Assembly (NCBI GenBank): GCA_965217585.1
Contig: OZ244561.1
Span: forward strand, 3,840,001-3,904,000
Length of the DNA: 64,000 bases
DNA from: Candidatus Latescibacterota bacterium
GTDB taxonomy: Bacteria; Latescibacterota; UBA2968; UBA8231
Direction of reading: 5' to 3'
Shown here: one piece after another, positions 8,267-17,955 of the stretch
Layout: each line of letters opens with the position of its first letter
Position numbering within the stretch: the first letter of the stretch is position 1
Translations under genes and position numbers: made by a program
Notes under the pieces: generated by a model
Databases searched by the model: none
What the model saw: the letters and a program-made list of their open reading frames with translations, nothing else
What the model was told of the DNA's origin: nothing

Positions 8267-9492
8267 CTCCTTGGGAAGAGAATATCCAGCAAGCGAGGGC
8301 CGTGGCGCTCGAAATCCTGCAACCGTCCGCATCGCAGTTGGAGCACGGGCTGGCCTTGCACCGCGACGCCATCGTGTGCGAGTCGTACAGCCTCGGGCTG
8401 CTAGCACCAATCGACGGCGAGGCCATGGCGCAGGCCGTGGAGGCGCGGGCCTCGGAGGTTGAGTTGCAGTACCTGTCGGAGCAGATGCGAATGACGCGCT
8501 GGGCCTATGACGACGAGCTAAAGGCCGAGTACTTGGGGGCCTGGGAGGCGTCCGGGGTGACTTGCGCCTTTCAAAACGCCGGCGAGGAGGGCAACAACCC
8601 CATGCGCATGTTGGGGCGACTAGCGCACTATACGCATCTGACGGATCGCCTGCGCGACCACGTGGCGCGGGCCGCCTTCCCCGACGACATCGTCGCCGCC
8701 AAAGCCGCTGGACGGCACTGCATCTATCAGACGTGCAACGGCGTGCCCCTCCCAGGAGAGCAGGCCACGGTCGAGCAGGAACTGCGTTTCATCAGCCAGT
8801 TCTTTGAGCTCGGCTGCCGCATGATGCACCTGACCTACAACCGCCGCAACCCCATTGGCGACGGCTGTGCCGAGCCAGCCAACGCCGGTTTGAGCGACTT
8901 TGGCCGTGCTGTGATCGCCGAGATGAACAAGGTCGGCGTGATTGCCGACGTGGCCCACTCCGGCTGGCAGACCTGTCTAGACGCGGCCGAAGTGTCGCAA
9001 AAGCCGATCGTCGCCAGCCATTCGGCCTGCGCGGCCCTGAACCACCACCATCGCTGCAAGCCGGACGACGTGATGCGGGCAATCGCCGACAAGGGCGGAA
9101 CCGTGGGCATCACCAATGTGCCGGCCTTTGTCGGCGGCAGCGGCTGTATCGACGCCATGCTCGACCACATCGACCACGCGGTGCAGGTCATCGGCGTCGA
9201 TCACGTGACGATTGGCACGGATCGATCCTACATTAGCTGCCGCGCCAAGGAAGAGAGCGCCAAGGTGCCGGCGCGACCGGGCAGCCGCCCGCGCTGGGAG
9301 GCCCTGTGGGAGGTCAACGACCCCGTGCAACGCTCCGAGTGGCGTCAAGAGCGCATGTTCCAGAGCACGGCGTGGACGAACTTCCCGCTGTTCACGGTCG
9401 GCATGGTGCAACGCGGTTATGCCGATGACGACATCCGCAAAATCCTCGGCGGCAACATCCTCAGAGTTGCCCGGGAAGTGTTAGGAGAGTAG
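8263..9492 (+). CDS. Membrane dipeptidase (M19)-like amidohydrolase, atypical metal site
   Basis: LTYNRRN, GLSDFGRAVIAEMN, DVAHS, ASHS, DHIDHAV, IGTD, ILGGN; GTG at 8263 overlaps the upstream TGA. Confidence 0.85.
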   Translation: MTPWEENIQQARAVALEILQPSASQLEHGLALHRDAIVCESYSLGLLAPIDGEAMAQAVEARASEVELQYLSEQMRMTRWAYDDELKAEYLGAWEASGVTCAFQNAGEEGNNPMRMLGRLAHYTHLTDRLRDHVARAAFPDDIVAAKAAGRHCIYQTCNGVPLPGEQATVEQELRFISQFFELGCRMMHLTYNRRNPIGDGCAEPANAGLSDFGRAVIAEMNKVGVIADVAHSGWQTCLDAAEVSQKPIVASHSACAALNHHHRCKPDDVMRAIADKGGTVGITNVPAFVGGSGCIDAMLDHIDHAVQVIGVDHVTIGTDRSYISCRAKEESAKVPARPGSRPRWEALWEVNDPVQRSEWRQERMFQSTAWTNFPLFTVGMVQRGYADDDIRKILGGNILRVAREVLGE

Positions 9493-9521
9493 GGAGCCAA
9501 CACTCAATCCCGGCAAACGAA

Positions 9522-10337
9522 TCAGTCCCACTCAACCTTCTGATAACGGCTTAGTAGCTGTTGGCCTTTGGCCGACAGAGCTTCATACGCAGCCTGCGGC
9601 ATTTCGACGTTCCGCGCGATGGCATACCAGTCGCGGCAGTAGCAGACAACGAGTTCGGGGCGCGGGTCTGAGGTGCAGTTGGGAGTGCCGCGGTGAAGGG
9701 TGCGCACGTCTTGGATCCACATCGAGCCTTTTTTGAGGTTGAGGCGGTGAGCCGAGGGGAAGTGGCCTTTGCGGAGGATTTCGTCGTAGTGGCCTTCGAG
9801 TTCCGGGTCGGCTAGGTACTGGGTCGAGGGGAGGACTTCAAAGCTGCCGTTTTCCTCCGAGGTTTCGACCAAGGGAAACTTGACACCTACTACGGGGACG
9901 GTTTCGAGGCCGACGTGGGGGATCTCGCGGGCGATACCGGTGTCGCGGTGCCAGTGTTGGAAGGCGCTCCCTTCGCAGGGGGTATTGGAGTGGTAGCAGG
10001 TGATGACGTAGCTGTCGGGACGCCAGCAGCGGTCGAGAAATTCTAAGATAACGGGATGTTCGTAGATATCCGGGTCCGCGAAGGGTTCGACCCACGGGAT
10101 GGTCAGGGTGTAGCGACAGGTCGTCTGCAAACGCCCCTGGCCGATGCGCGGGTCACCCAGCTCGACGTTGGAAACCTCGGTTTCGCGTTCCTGGATATGC
10201 GTCAGCAGCGGCAGGAATGCCTCGCGGATCTGGTCGATCTTTTCCCCGGGAATCATGTTCTCAAAGACGGTGTAGCCGTTGATTTTGAATTCGGCGAGCT
10301 TCAGGTCGAAATCTACATCGGCGCAAGTGAGGGTCAT
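9522..10337 (-). CDS. Phytanoyl-CoA dioxygenase (PhyH) family protein
   Basis: FKINGY, WHRD, ENGSFEVLPSTQ, LHRGTPN...R. Confidence 0.85.
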   Translation of the reverse strand: MTLTCADVDFDLKLAEFKINGYTVFENMIPGEKIDQIREAFLPLLTHIQERETEVSNVELGDPRIGQGRLQTTCRYTLTIPWVEPFADPDIYEHPVILEFLDRCWRPDSYVITCYHSNTPCEGSAFQHWHRDTGIAREIPHVGLETVPVVGVKFPLVETSEENGSFEVLPSTQYLADPELEGHYDEILRKGHFPSAHRLNLKKGSMWIQDVRTLHRGTPNCTSDPRPELVVCYCRDWYAIARNVEMPQAAYEALSAKGQQLLSRYQKVEWD

Positions 10338-10371
10338 GGCAATCTCCGTTCGTTTGGCCTTTGTGCTACAC

Positions 10372-11103
10372 TCAGTCCCCGGTGCTTCCCTTGAGACAGC
10401 TCAATAGTTGAGTGCCTCGGTCCATTAGCAGGTCGAGGTCCGACTTGAAGGTGAGGGCCTGGAAGCCTGCGGCTTTTTTGGCTGCGAAGTCTTCGGGAGA
10501 ATACGTGTTGCAGCAGGGTTTTTTGCCGGCTGCTAGGGCTGTGGAGACAATCCGCTCCATCGACGCCTGATAGGCGGGGTCCTGTTCATAGACGGGACGA
10601 TGGCGCGACAGGCCCATCGACAGCGCTAGATCAACCGGCCCGACAAAGCAGCCATCGACGCCGGGCAGAGCCATGATTTCTTCGGCTCGCTCAACGGCAT
10701 CGATGTGTTCCATTTGCACCAGCAGCAGGGTCTCGTCGTTGGCCTTTTCAAAATAGTCATCGCCGTAGTGGAGATAGTGGTCGCCGCCCAGCGAGCGCGC
10801 TCCTGTGGGCGGGTATTTGGCGGCGCGGGCGACTGCCTGGGCCGCGGCGAGCGAGTTGACCATCGGCACTACGACGCCGCCCGCTCCTAGATCAAGGGCT
10901 TTTTCCACTTCGCCGGGGTTGCCGATGGAGGTGCGGATCAGGGGGCGAGCACCGGTCGGGCGGGCGGCGTAGATGCACTCATAGGCGGTCTCCCAAGTCA
11001 TCGGGCCGTGTTGGAGGTCGAGGACGATCCAGTCCCAGCCCATCAGCCCTAAGTAGCGGGAAATCGCCGGTTGGGGAATAGTCTGCCAGATGCCAACATT
11101 CAT
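10372..11103 (-). CDS. HpcH/HpaI aldolase family protein
   Basis: DWIVLDLQHG, KALDLGAGGVVVPMV, YPPTGARS, QME, VDGCFVGPVDLALSMG. Confidence 0.9.
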   Translation of the reverse strand: MNVGIWQTIPQPAISRYLGLMGWDWIVLDLQHGPMTWETAYECIYAARPTGARPLIRTSIGNPGEVEKALDLGAGGVVVPMVNSLAAAQAVARAAKYPPTGARSLGGDHYLHYGDDYFEKANDETLLLVQMEHIDAVERAEEIMALPGVDGCFVGPVDLALSMGLSRHRPVYEQDPAYQASMERIVSTALAAGKKPCCNTYSPEDFAAKKAAGFQALTFKSDLDLLMDRGTQLLSCLKGSTGD

Positions 11104-11106
11104 CGC

Positions 11107-11937
11107 CTAGAGGCCAATCTGCTCGGCGGGCGCGTTGGGCATACCCGGATGCGAGCCGCCGGCGTTCTTGGAGAGGTTGCCGCCGTCTAGGGGCAGCATC
11201 ACGCCAGTGATCCAAGCCGAGGCGTCCGAGGCGAGGAAAATTGCCGCGCCCTTGATGTCGTTGGAGTCGCCGAGACGACCCATGGGGAGGCCGCGCAAAT
11301 AGGTTTCGCCCAGCGCGGGATCCGCGGCGATGCGCTCCTTGAGGTCGGCGTTCATTAGCTGGGCGCAGACAATGGCGTTGACGCGCACGCCCTTGGCAGC
11401 CCACTCCGTGCTCAGCTCGCGGGTCATCTGCGCGGCGGCACCCATGCCCATGCTGTACGAGAGGTGGCTGCGTCCCATGGCATTGATGCCAGCGATCGAC
11501 ACGAGGTTGATGATGCTGCCGCCGTGGCCCGAGGCCATCATGCGCCGGCCGGCCTCTTGGCAACAGACTAGGCGACCGACCACGAGGTTTCGCAGGGTAA
11601 ACTCGACCTCCTCGGGTGTCAGGTCGAGCGGGGTATTGCGCCGTGCATTGCCGGCCACATTGCCCACGATGTCGATGCGGCCGTATTCTGCATCTACTAA
11701 TTCAAACATGATGCGGATCTGATCGGGTTGGGACATGTCGCACGTCACCGGGAGGACGCGGCGGCCCAAGGCACCCAGTTCTCGGGCCGTCGTGGCCAAA
11801 CCGTCGGCGTTAATGTCGGCCAAGACGAGGTCGGCCCCTGCTTCGGCAAAGCCGGTGGCCATGGCTTTGCCGAGGCCGCTGGCCGCACCAGAGACCAAGG
11901 CGACGCGGTTGGATAGGTCGAAGAGCGGATGGGACAT
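11107..11937 (-). CDS. SDR family oxidoreductase
   Basis: SGAASGLG Rossmann motif, GSIINLVS, VRVNAI, PMGRLG, FLASDASAWITG. Confidence 0.9.
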   Translation of the reverse strand: MSHPLFDLSNRVALVSGAASGLGKAMATGFAEAGADLVLADINADGLATTARELGALGRRVLPVTCDMSQPDQIRIMFELVDAEYGRIDIVGNVAGNARRNTPLDLTPEEVEFTLRNLVVGRLVCCQEAGRRMMASGHGGSIINLVSIAGINAMGRSHLSYSMGMGAAAQMTRELSTEWAAKGVRVNAIVCAQLMNADLKERIAADPALGETYLRGLPMGRLGDSNDIKGAAIFLASDASAWITGVMLPLDGGNLSKNAGGSHPGMPNAPAEQIGL

Positions 11938-12068
11938 GACAGCCTCCTGATTTTGTTTGGCTCAGAACATAGGGGCACCGATAGCAGCGGCCAAGCCCTG
12001 CCGCGCTTGCGGCGAGTTGTTCGCACGCTCTATATTTGCTGCCGCAAATTGAACCTACCGGAGCCGAC

Positions 12069-12470
12069 ATGACCACTGCCATAGACGGCTGGATACGCCA
12101 GTCGCAAGAGAAAATTTTAAGCGGTGCGGGCGTCACCTTGCAGGACTTAGACGCCCTGCGCGACCTACAGAGCGGCGAGCAGCAGCACCTCCTCTACATC
12201 TGGGCCGACCAAGACCGCATCGACGCGGGCGTCATCGCGTGGAACTACTTCGGCCCTTTTGATAGCGAGTTCCGCTTCGACCCCAAAAACGAATGTCCTT
12301 ATGCCAACGCGGCCGCGGCCATGGCCGACGGGTGGCGGGTGGTGTCTTTTCCTGGCGTGGAGTACCCGCAGGAAAATGCCCACAACCAACTCGGTTTTGA
12401 ATTTATCCTAGAGCGCTACTTCCGGCCCGGCGAGGGGCTGGATTACACGCCGCACGGCCAGCGTCAATAA
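12069..12470 (+). CDS. Hypothetical protein
   Basis: ATG with GGAG RBS; PY...AMADGWRVVSFP...FEFILER; first gene of a co-directional run. Confidence 0.7.
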   Translation: MTTAIDGWIRQSQEKILSGAGVTLQDLDALRDLQSGEQQHLLYIWADQDRIDAGVIAWNYFGPFDSEFRFDPKNECPYANAAAAMADGWRVVSFPGVEYPQENAHNQLGFEFILERYFRPGEGLDYTPHGQRQ

Positions 12471-12482
12471 ACGGAGGGGACC

Positions 12483-13280
12483 ATGGAAGCCAACTGGAAA
12501 GAGCTCAAAAAAGAATTCTTCGACACCGGCTACGTCGTACTCGACGGCTGGATTGAGCCCGAGCTGGCGGAACGGACCAATCAGGACGCCCATGAGTACG
12601 GTGCCATCGACGTCTTTGAGTGCGAGAGCATCGGCGATTTGCTCTGCCACGCCAAGATCGTCGCATTTATCTCGTTCCTGCTGGAGACGCCCGAGGTCGC
12701 CATCAGCCCTTTCCGCTTCTGGAACCACCTTACGCAAGGCGGCCAAAGCGACGGCGGCGGCTGGCACGTGGACGACACCTATATGGCCGACCGGCCGCTG
12801 ACCGAGATCTTGTGCATGTACTACCCGCAGGACGTGGAGGAAGACATGGGGCCGACCATGCTGTTGCCCGGCAGTCACCGGCGGCTCTACACGCCGCCGC
12901 AGACCGCCAAGCTCGGCTGGATCCGCGGGCAGCAAAAAGTGGTCGCCAAGGCCGGTGCCCTCGCCGTGACCTTTGCCTCGATTCTCCACGCCCGCGCCGC
13001 GCATTTGTCCGCCAAGCCGCGCTCCATGATCAAATACGGCTACGAGGTGGCCGACCCCCAATACGGCTACTACCTGACCGAGCAAGCCTACCGCAACTTT
13101 CGCCGCACCGAACTGGGCCGTTCGCTGACGCGGCTAGCCGAGGTCAAGGACAAGGACGACGCGCTGTGGAATTCCTACTGGAAATCGCATCAGAGCTATA
13201 CTTTTCAAGACTTCAAACACCAAATCGGCGTGGTCGGGCGACGGCTGCGCAAGCACCTCGACCACGAACAGGTTAGCTAA
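12483..13280 (+). CDS. Phytanoyl-CoA dioxygenase (PhyH) family protein
   Basis: FFDTGY, GWHVD, GPTMLLPGSH, ILHAR; GGAGG RBS. Confidence 0.85.
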   Translation: MEANWKELKKEFFDTGYVVLDGWIEPELAERTNQDAHEYGAIDVFECESIGDLLCHAKIVAFISFLLETPEVAISPFRFWNHLTQGGQSDGGGWHVDDTYMADRPLTEILCMYYPQDVEEDMGPTMLLPGSHRRLYTPPQTAKLGWIRGQQKVVAKAGALAVTFASILHARAAHLSAKPRSMIKYGYEVADPQYGYYLTEQAYRNFRRTELGRSLTRLAEVKDKDDALWNSYWKSHQSYTFQDFKHQIGVVGRRLRKHLDHEQVS

Positions 13281-13297
13281 CGAAGAGGAGAAATTCG

Positions 13298-13669
13298 ATG
13301 GTACACAAAATTCACAAGATCGCGGTCGTAACCGACGATGTTGAAGGAGCAGTGGCGTTTTACACGCAGAAACTAGGGCTTACTGTGGTGGAGCGCTTTG
13401 CCAACGAGGAGGACGACGACTATGTCTTCCTCGACGCCGGCGGTATCCTGTTGGAGCTCATGCCGCAAAAGACCGAGGGGCACGACCCTGGTTTCCACCA
13501 CATCTCCTTTGAGGTCGATAGCGTGGAAGACAGCGCGCAGGAGTTGAAGGACAAGGAGGTCACCATCACCAAAGAGCCTTTTGACGTCGGTGGGGGGACC
13601 GGTATCACCTTGGGATTTTTCGAGGGGCCAAACCAACTGCACCTTCAGCTCTTCCACCGCGAGAAATGA
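13298..13669 (+). CDS. VOC family protein (methylmalonyl-CoA epimerase/glyoxalase-like)
   Basis: HKIAVVTDDVEGAVAFY, LELM, GFHHISFEVD, FFEGPN. Confidence 0.85.
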   Translation: MVHKIHKIAVVTDDVEGAVAFYTQKLGLTVVERFANEEDDDYVFLDAGGILLELMPQKTEGHDPGFHHISFEVDSVEDSAQELKDKEVTITKEPFDVGGGTGITLGFFEGPNQLHLQLFHREK

Positions 13670-13676
13670 GGCCATC

Positions 13677-14495
13677 ATGCGCATAGCGAGAGCCGACCGT
13701 GCAGATATGAAGGAGCTGAGCGACGTCCACGGCGGTGCCGGGACGATCCTCTTCAACCGCCTGTGGGAACGCGACGATTTCGAGTCGCCCTTCGCCTTTG
13801 TCCACTGTGCGATCCTCCTACCCGGCGGCGGAATTGGCTACCACCGCCACGACGACAGCGAGGAGATTTTTATCGCCATTGACAACGCCTCGCAGTTCAC
13901 CCACAACGGGCGCACCGCCGTAGTTGAGGGTGGGGCCGCAGTGCCGTTGCGCTCGGGCGAGATCCACGCCATCTACAACCACACCGACCGCGAGACGCGC
14001 TGGTTCAACGTCCACTGCGTGGTTCCCGGAGGCGAACCCAAATCGACCGATCTGGGCGACGACCGGGTCGGTGCTGAACTGGAGTCCACCGATCGCCTGC
14101 CGGTGGGGCGTCTAGACCGCGGTGCGCTGAAATACGGCCAAGCGCACGGCGGCAAGGGCGCAGTCGGCGGTCGGCTCATCTGGGGACCGGAGGATTTCCG
14201 CAGCAATTTCTACTGTTTGGCCCACTGTCTGTTGCCGCCGGACACTTCGCTCGGCTACCACCGCCACGAAGGCGTCGAGGAGGTCTATATCATCATCGAG
14301 GGCAGCGGGCGGATGACGGTGGACGATGAGACGCAAGAGGTCGCGCAGTGGGACGCGATTCCCAGTGGGCTGGGGAGCAGCCACGGCCTCTATAACCACA
14401 CGCAAGAAAATCTCGAATTGTTGGTCGTCGCCGTCTGCGCCGAGAAGGGGCAGTTCGACTCAACGGACCTCGGCGACGATCTAAGCCAACGCTAA
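13677..14495 (+). CDS. Tandem (bi-)cupin domain protein
   Basis: Two internal repeats HGG.G...GYHRH..EE...G..H.IYN; ATG at 13677. Confidence 0.85.
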   Translation: MRIARADRADMKELSDVHGGAGTILFNRLWERDDFESPFAFVHCAILLPGGGIGYHRHDDSEEIFIAIDNASQFTHNGRTAVVEGGAAVPLRSGEIHAIYNHTDRETRWFNVHCVVPGGEPKSTDLGDDRVGAELESTDRLPVGRLDRGALKYGQAHGGKGAVGGRLIWGPEDFRSNFYCLAHCLLPPDTSLGYHRHEGVEEVYIIIEGSGRMTVDDETQEVAQWDAIPSGLGSSHGLYNHTQENLELLVVAVCAEKGQFDSTDLGDDLSQR

Positions 14496-14512
14496 CAGAA
14501 AGGACCATTCCT

Positions 14513-15322
14513 ATGGCATCCGTGAAGATCACCTTTATCGGCCACGCTTCTTTCCGCTTCGAGTCCGACAAAGGCTCGGTCACTTACTTCGACGCTTGGC
14601 TCGACGACAATCCCACCGCCAAGATGAAGCTCAGCCAGGTTAAAGAAGCTGATATCGTCATCGCCAGCCACGGCCACAGCGATCACATCGGCGACTCCTA
14701 CGAGATCTGCAAGCGCACCAAGGCCAAGTTCGTCGGCAACTACGAGCTTTGCTCAGTCGCCGAGGCGGTGCATGGGCTCAAAATGGGCTCGCGGGCGCTG
14801 TCGATGAATCCCGGCGGCACTGTCAAGGTCAAAGACGCCACGATCACTATGGTACAGGCCCATCACTCGCAGTCGCTATCGCCGCACGTCATCGGCGGCG
14901 AACTGCCAGCGGGGCTGCTCTTCCACCCCGACAGCGCGGTCAACGGTTTCATCGTTGCCTACAACAACGGCATCTCCATATACGACACCTCCGACACCTG
15001 CCTGTTCAGCGATATGCAGCTCATCGGCCAGATGTACGGACCGCAGATCGCGATTATGCCGGTGGGCGGGCAGTACACAATGGGGATCCGCGAGGCGGCG
15101 CGGGCGGCAAGCTTGATCCGCCCCGACATCGTCATTCCCTGCCACTACGGGCCGATTATGAACCAGCCAGCAGACATCGGCGCGTTGAGCGAAGCGGTAA
15201 AATTTCTCTCGCCGAATACACAGGTGGTGGAGATGCAGCCTGGGCAGACGTTGACCTATACGGCGAGTAGCTATCGGGTCGGTCGCCAAGGTGCTCGGCG
15301 CAAGCAGCAGGTCGATGCCTAG
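14513..15322 (+). CDS. Metallo-beta-lactamase-fold metal-dependent hydrolase (UPF0173-like)
   Basis: ITFIGHASF, SHGHSDHIGD, AHHS, SDT, PVGGQYTM, IPCHY. Confidence 0.9.
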   Translation: MASVKITFIGHASFRFESDKGSVTYFDAWLDDNPTAKMKLSQVKEADIVIASHGHSDHIGDSYEICKRTKAKFVGNYELCSVAEAVHGLKMGSRALSMNPGGTVKVKDATITMVQAHHSQSLSPHVIGGELPAGLLFHPDSAVNGFIVAYNNGISIYDTSDTCLFSDMQLIGQMYGPQIAIMPVGGQYTMGIREAARAASLIRPDIVIPCHYGPIMNQPADIGALSEAVKFLSPNTQVVEMQPGQTLTYTASSYRVGRQGARRKQQVDA

Positions 15323-15405
15323 CGACTTTCAGGCCAACGACCTCAATACGAGGTACCTACGAGTAAAGGTGCTGCTGCCCAGTTAATCGACACCAAGAGG
15401 CCAAA

Positions 15406-16419
15406 ATGACATCTACAAACATGCTGAAAGCCGTCCACTATCAGGACGTGGATCCCGGAACTCAGTGGATCAAGGACGCCGCCGTCGCCATCGATTCCAA
15501 CGGACCGCTCGATTCGGACCGAACTCTCACTCCGAACGTGGTCAGAATGGCAGGCGGATACCGCATGTACTATCACGGCCTCGGGCCGCAGCGTCCAAAC
15601 GCGGCTTCAAAGGGTTACATCCTCAGTGCCTTCTCCACCGATGCCGAGCACTGGGAGAAGGAGCCGGGTGTCAGAATGGATGCGGGCGGGGACGGCGCCG
15701 AGCACTACATCTGGAGCCCAGACGTCATTCCCCTAGCGGATGGCCGCTACCGCATGTACTACGAGGGGAAGACAGAGAGGGAGGACGGCCAAGTCAAGGC
15801 CGCAATTGTGAGTGCTGTTTCCGACGACGGTCTGGTCTGGGAACGAGAGCCGGGCCTGCGCCTAGTCGGAGCAAGCGTCTCCTATCTGGCACCTCGCTGT
15901 CTTCACCTCGACCCGGCCGCAGAGCAGGGCGGCCCCCGCTTTCGCCTCTACGCCAGTGCCTATCCCTATCCGGATGTTTCGCTGCCAAGCGCTTGCAGCA
16001 ACAGAAACATCGTCAGCGCAGTGTCAGAAGATGGTCTAGTGTTCGAGTTGGAGCCCGGCGTTCGCATACCCCAGGACCGAGCTTTCGAAAGCTCGGCCGT
16101 CTATGCCCCGGAGGTTTTGCGCCTAGGCGAGGGCGGCTTCCGCATGTTCTACGCAGGCTGGACGTCGGCTCCGGAGGTCCCCCGTGGATCAAAGTATCAC
16201 GGCAGAATCTTCAGCGCATTTTCCAAGGACGGTCTGCTGTGGGTCAAGGATCCGGGAATCTGCATTGACAATGGAGGACCATGGGACGCAGCCAAGGCCT
16301 CAGAGCCATGTGTGATTGACCTTGCCGACGGCCGCTTCCGCATGTTCTACGAAGCCTGTGATCTCGACGGACGCTGGCGCATTGCCAGCGCGACTTCGGT
16401 TGCATCTACGGCACCGTAA
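15406..16419 (+). CDS. Glycoside-hydrolase-like beta-propeller protein (GH32/43/130-like fold)
   Basis: Repeated P.V...G.YRMYY...I.SA.S.DG..W.KEPG blades; start may be ATG 15421. Confidence 0.7.
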   Translation: MTSTNMLKAVHYQDVDPGTQWIKDAAVAIDSNGPLDSDRTLTPNVVRMAGGYRMYYHGLGPQRPNAASKGYILSAFSTDAEHWEKEPGVRMDAGGDGAEHYIWSPDVIPLADGRYRMYYEGKTEREDGQVKAAIVSAVSDDGLVWEREPGLRLVGASVSYLAPRCLHLDPAAEQGGPRFRLYASAYPYPDVSLPSACSNRNIVSAVSEDGLVFELEPGVRIPQDRAFESSAVYAPEVLRLGEGGFRMFYAGWTSAPEVPRGSKYHGRIFSAFSKDGLLWVKDPGICIDNGGPWDAAKASEPCVIDLADGRFRMFYEACDLDGRWRIASATSVASTAP

Positions 16420-16466
16420 GGACATCCATACAACAAGCGATCACCCATAGCCAAAGGAGTACCGCC

Positions 16467-17591
16467 ATGTCGGGCACTGAAGCCCCTATCGGGCCCAACG
16501 ATGCGATTAAAGTTACCAAGATCGAGACGTTCGTTCTCAAAAACTCTTGGGTCTTCGTCAAGATCTCGACGGACGCGGGTATCACCGGTTGGGGCGAAAT
16601 GCTCAAGGACGACGCCAAGGCCTGTGCCGCCGGTGCGCTCGAAGTCGCCGGCTACCTAGTGGGCAAGGATCCCCGCCCAGTCACCCACCACTGGCAGGCC
16701 ATCCACCGCGGTGCCTTCTATCGCGGCGGCCCGATCAAAACCGCGATTTCCTCCGGCATTGATATGGCCCTTTGGGACATCACCGGCAAATGCTATGGCG
16801 TGCCCGTGTACAAGCTGCTCGGCGGCCCCACGCGCGAGCGGATTCGGGTTTACGGCGAAGTAAGTGAGCAGACCGGGGTCAACGCCATGAAGGTGGGGCC
16901 GGGCACGTCGCGTTCCCCCTTCAAATACATCGAGGGCCAAAAGTTCGTCGATGAGATCGTCGAGCGTTTCAAGGCGCTGCGCGAACAACACGGCTCCAGC
17001 GTCGATATTGCCGTTGACTTTCACGGCGCAGTGCAGCCCCCTACCGCCCTGCTGCTCGTCAAGGCGCTCGAACCGTATCACCCTTGGTTCTACGAGGAAA
17101 TTGTCCAGGCCCTCAACATCGATGTCATGGCCGAAATCGCCGCAAAGACCCACATCCCCATTGCCACGGGCGAGCGCATCTTTACCAAGTGGGGATTCAA
17201 GGAAATTCTCGAAAAACGCGCCGCCCACATCCTCCAGCCGGACGTTTGCTATGCCGGCGGCATCACCGAATTGAAGATCATCGCCGGCATGGCCGAGGCC
17301 TACTACTCGCCGCTGGCCCCACACAATCCCCAAGGTCCCTGTTCGCTCGCCGCGAGTCTGCAGGTCGCCGCTGCCATTCCCAACTTTCTCATCCAAGAGC
17401 GCGGCGACAACGAATACGCAGACCTACTCGCCAAACCCTTGCCACCGGTCGCCAACGGCCACCGACCCCTGCCCCCGGATCCCGGCCTCGGCATCACCAT
17501 CGACGAAGACAAGCTCATGGCCCAAGTCGGCGAACCGAATCCCTATCGAACTCGCTTTGATCCCGACGACGGGTCGGTTGTGGATTGGTAA
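16467..17591 (+). CDS. Mandelate racemase/enolase-superfamily acid-sugar dehydratase (DgoD-like)
   Basis: FVKISTDAGITGWGE, FYRGGP, DMALWDI, DFHG, EE, ATGER, QPD, APHN. Confidence 0.85.
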   Translation: MSGTEAPIGPNDAIKVTKIETFVLKNSWVFVKISTDAGITGWGEMLKDDAKACAAGALEVAGYLVGKDPRPVTHHWQAIHRGAFYRGGPIKTAISSGIDMALWDITGKCYGVPVYKLLGGPTRERIRVYGEVSEQTGVNAMKVGPGTSRSPFKYIEGQKFVDEIVERFKALREQHGSSVDIAVDFHGAVQPPTALLLVKALEPYHPWFYEEIVQALNIDVMAEIAAKTHIPIATGERIFTKWGFKEILEKRAAHILQPDVCYAGGITELKIIAGMAEAYYSPLAPHNPQGPCSLAASLQVAAAIPNFLIQERGDNEYADLLAKPLPPVANGHRPLPPDPGLGITIDEDKLMAQVGEPNPYRTRFDPDDGSVVDW

Positions 17592-17645
17592 GCCGGGGAG
17601 AAGAGGAGTACCAACCGGAGGAGCACTCAAAAAAGGAGAACTGCA

Positions 17646-17915
17646 ATGGAGCTTCACGAACTCGTCCTTGAGATGAAGCAGCTTGAACGGCGGCTCACGC
17701 CCTACGAAGAAAAATACGGCATTCTCAGCCAAGATTTTTACAACATCTTAAGAGCGGGCAAGCTATCGCACTACGACGATTTTGACGAAACCCGAACGGA
17801 TTTCAGCCGATGGAAAGGCATTTACGAAAATTGGCAACGCCGCAAGACAGCCTATAACGAACAAATCCAACAAAGTGATCCAGCCGACGCATTGCGTGTA
17901 CAACCTGCTTATTGA
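17646..17915 (+). CDS. Putative antitoxin (TumA-like)
   Basis: L..YEEKYG..S.DFY......DF..W motif; AGGAG RBS. Confidence 0.6.
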   Translation: MELHELVLEMKQLERRLTPYEEKYGILSQDFYNILRAGKLSHYDDFDETRTDFSRWKGIYENWQRRKTAYNEQIQQSDPADALRVQPAY

Positions 17916-17916
17916 T

Positions 17917-17955
17917 ATGGCGAAAAATCCTCTTTCCCTAGGAGGAGCACTATGA
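17917..17955 (+). pseudogene. Possible 5-prime remnant of the cognate toxin (DUF6516/TumE-like)
   Basis: MAKNPLSLGGAL* starts 1 nt after the antitoxin stop; only a short N-terminal resemblance. Confidence 0.3.
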
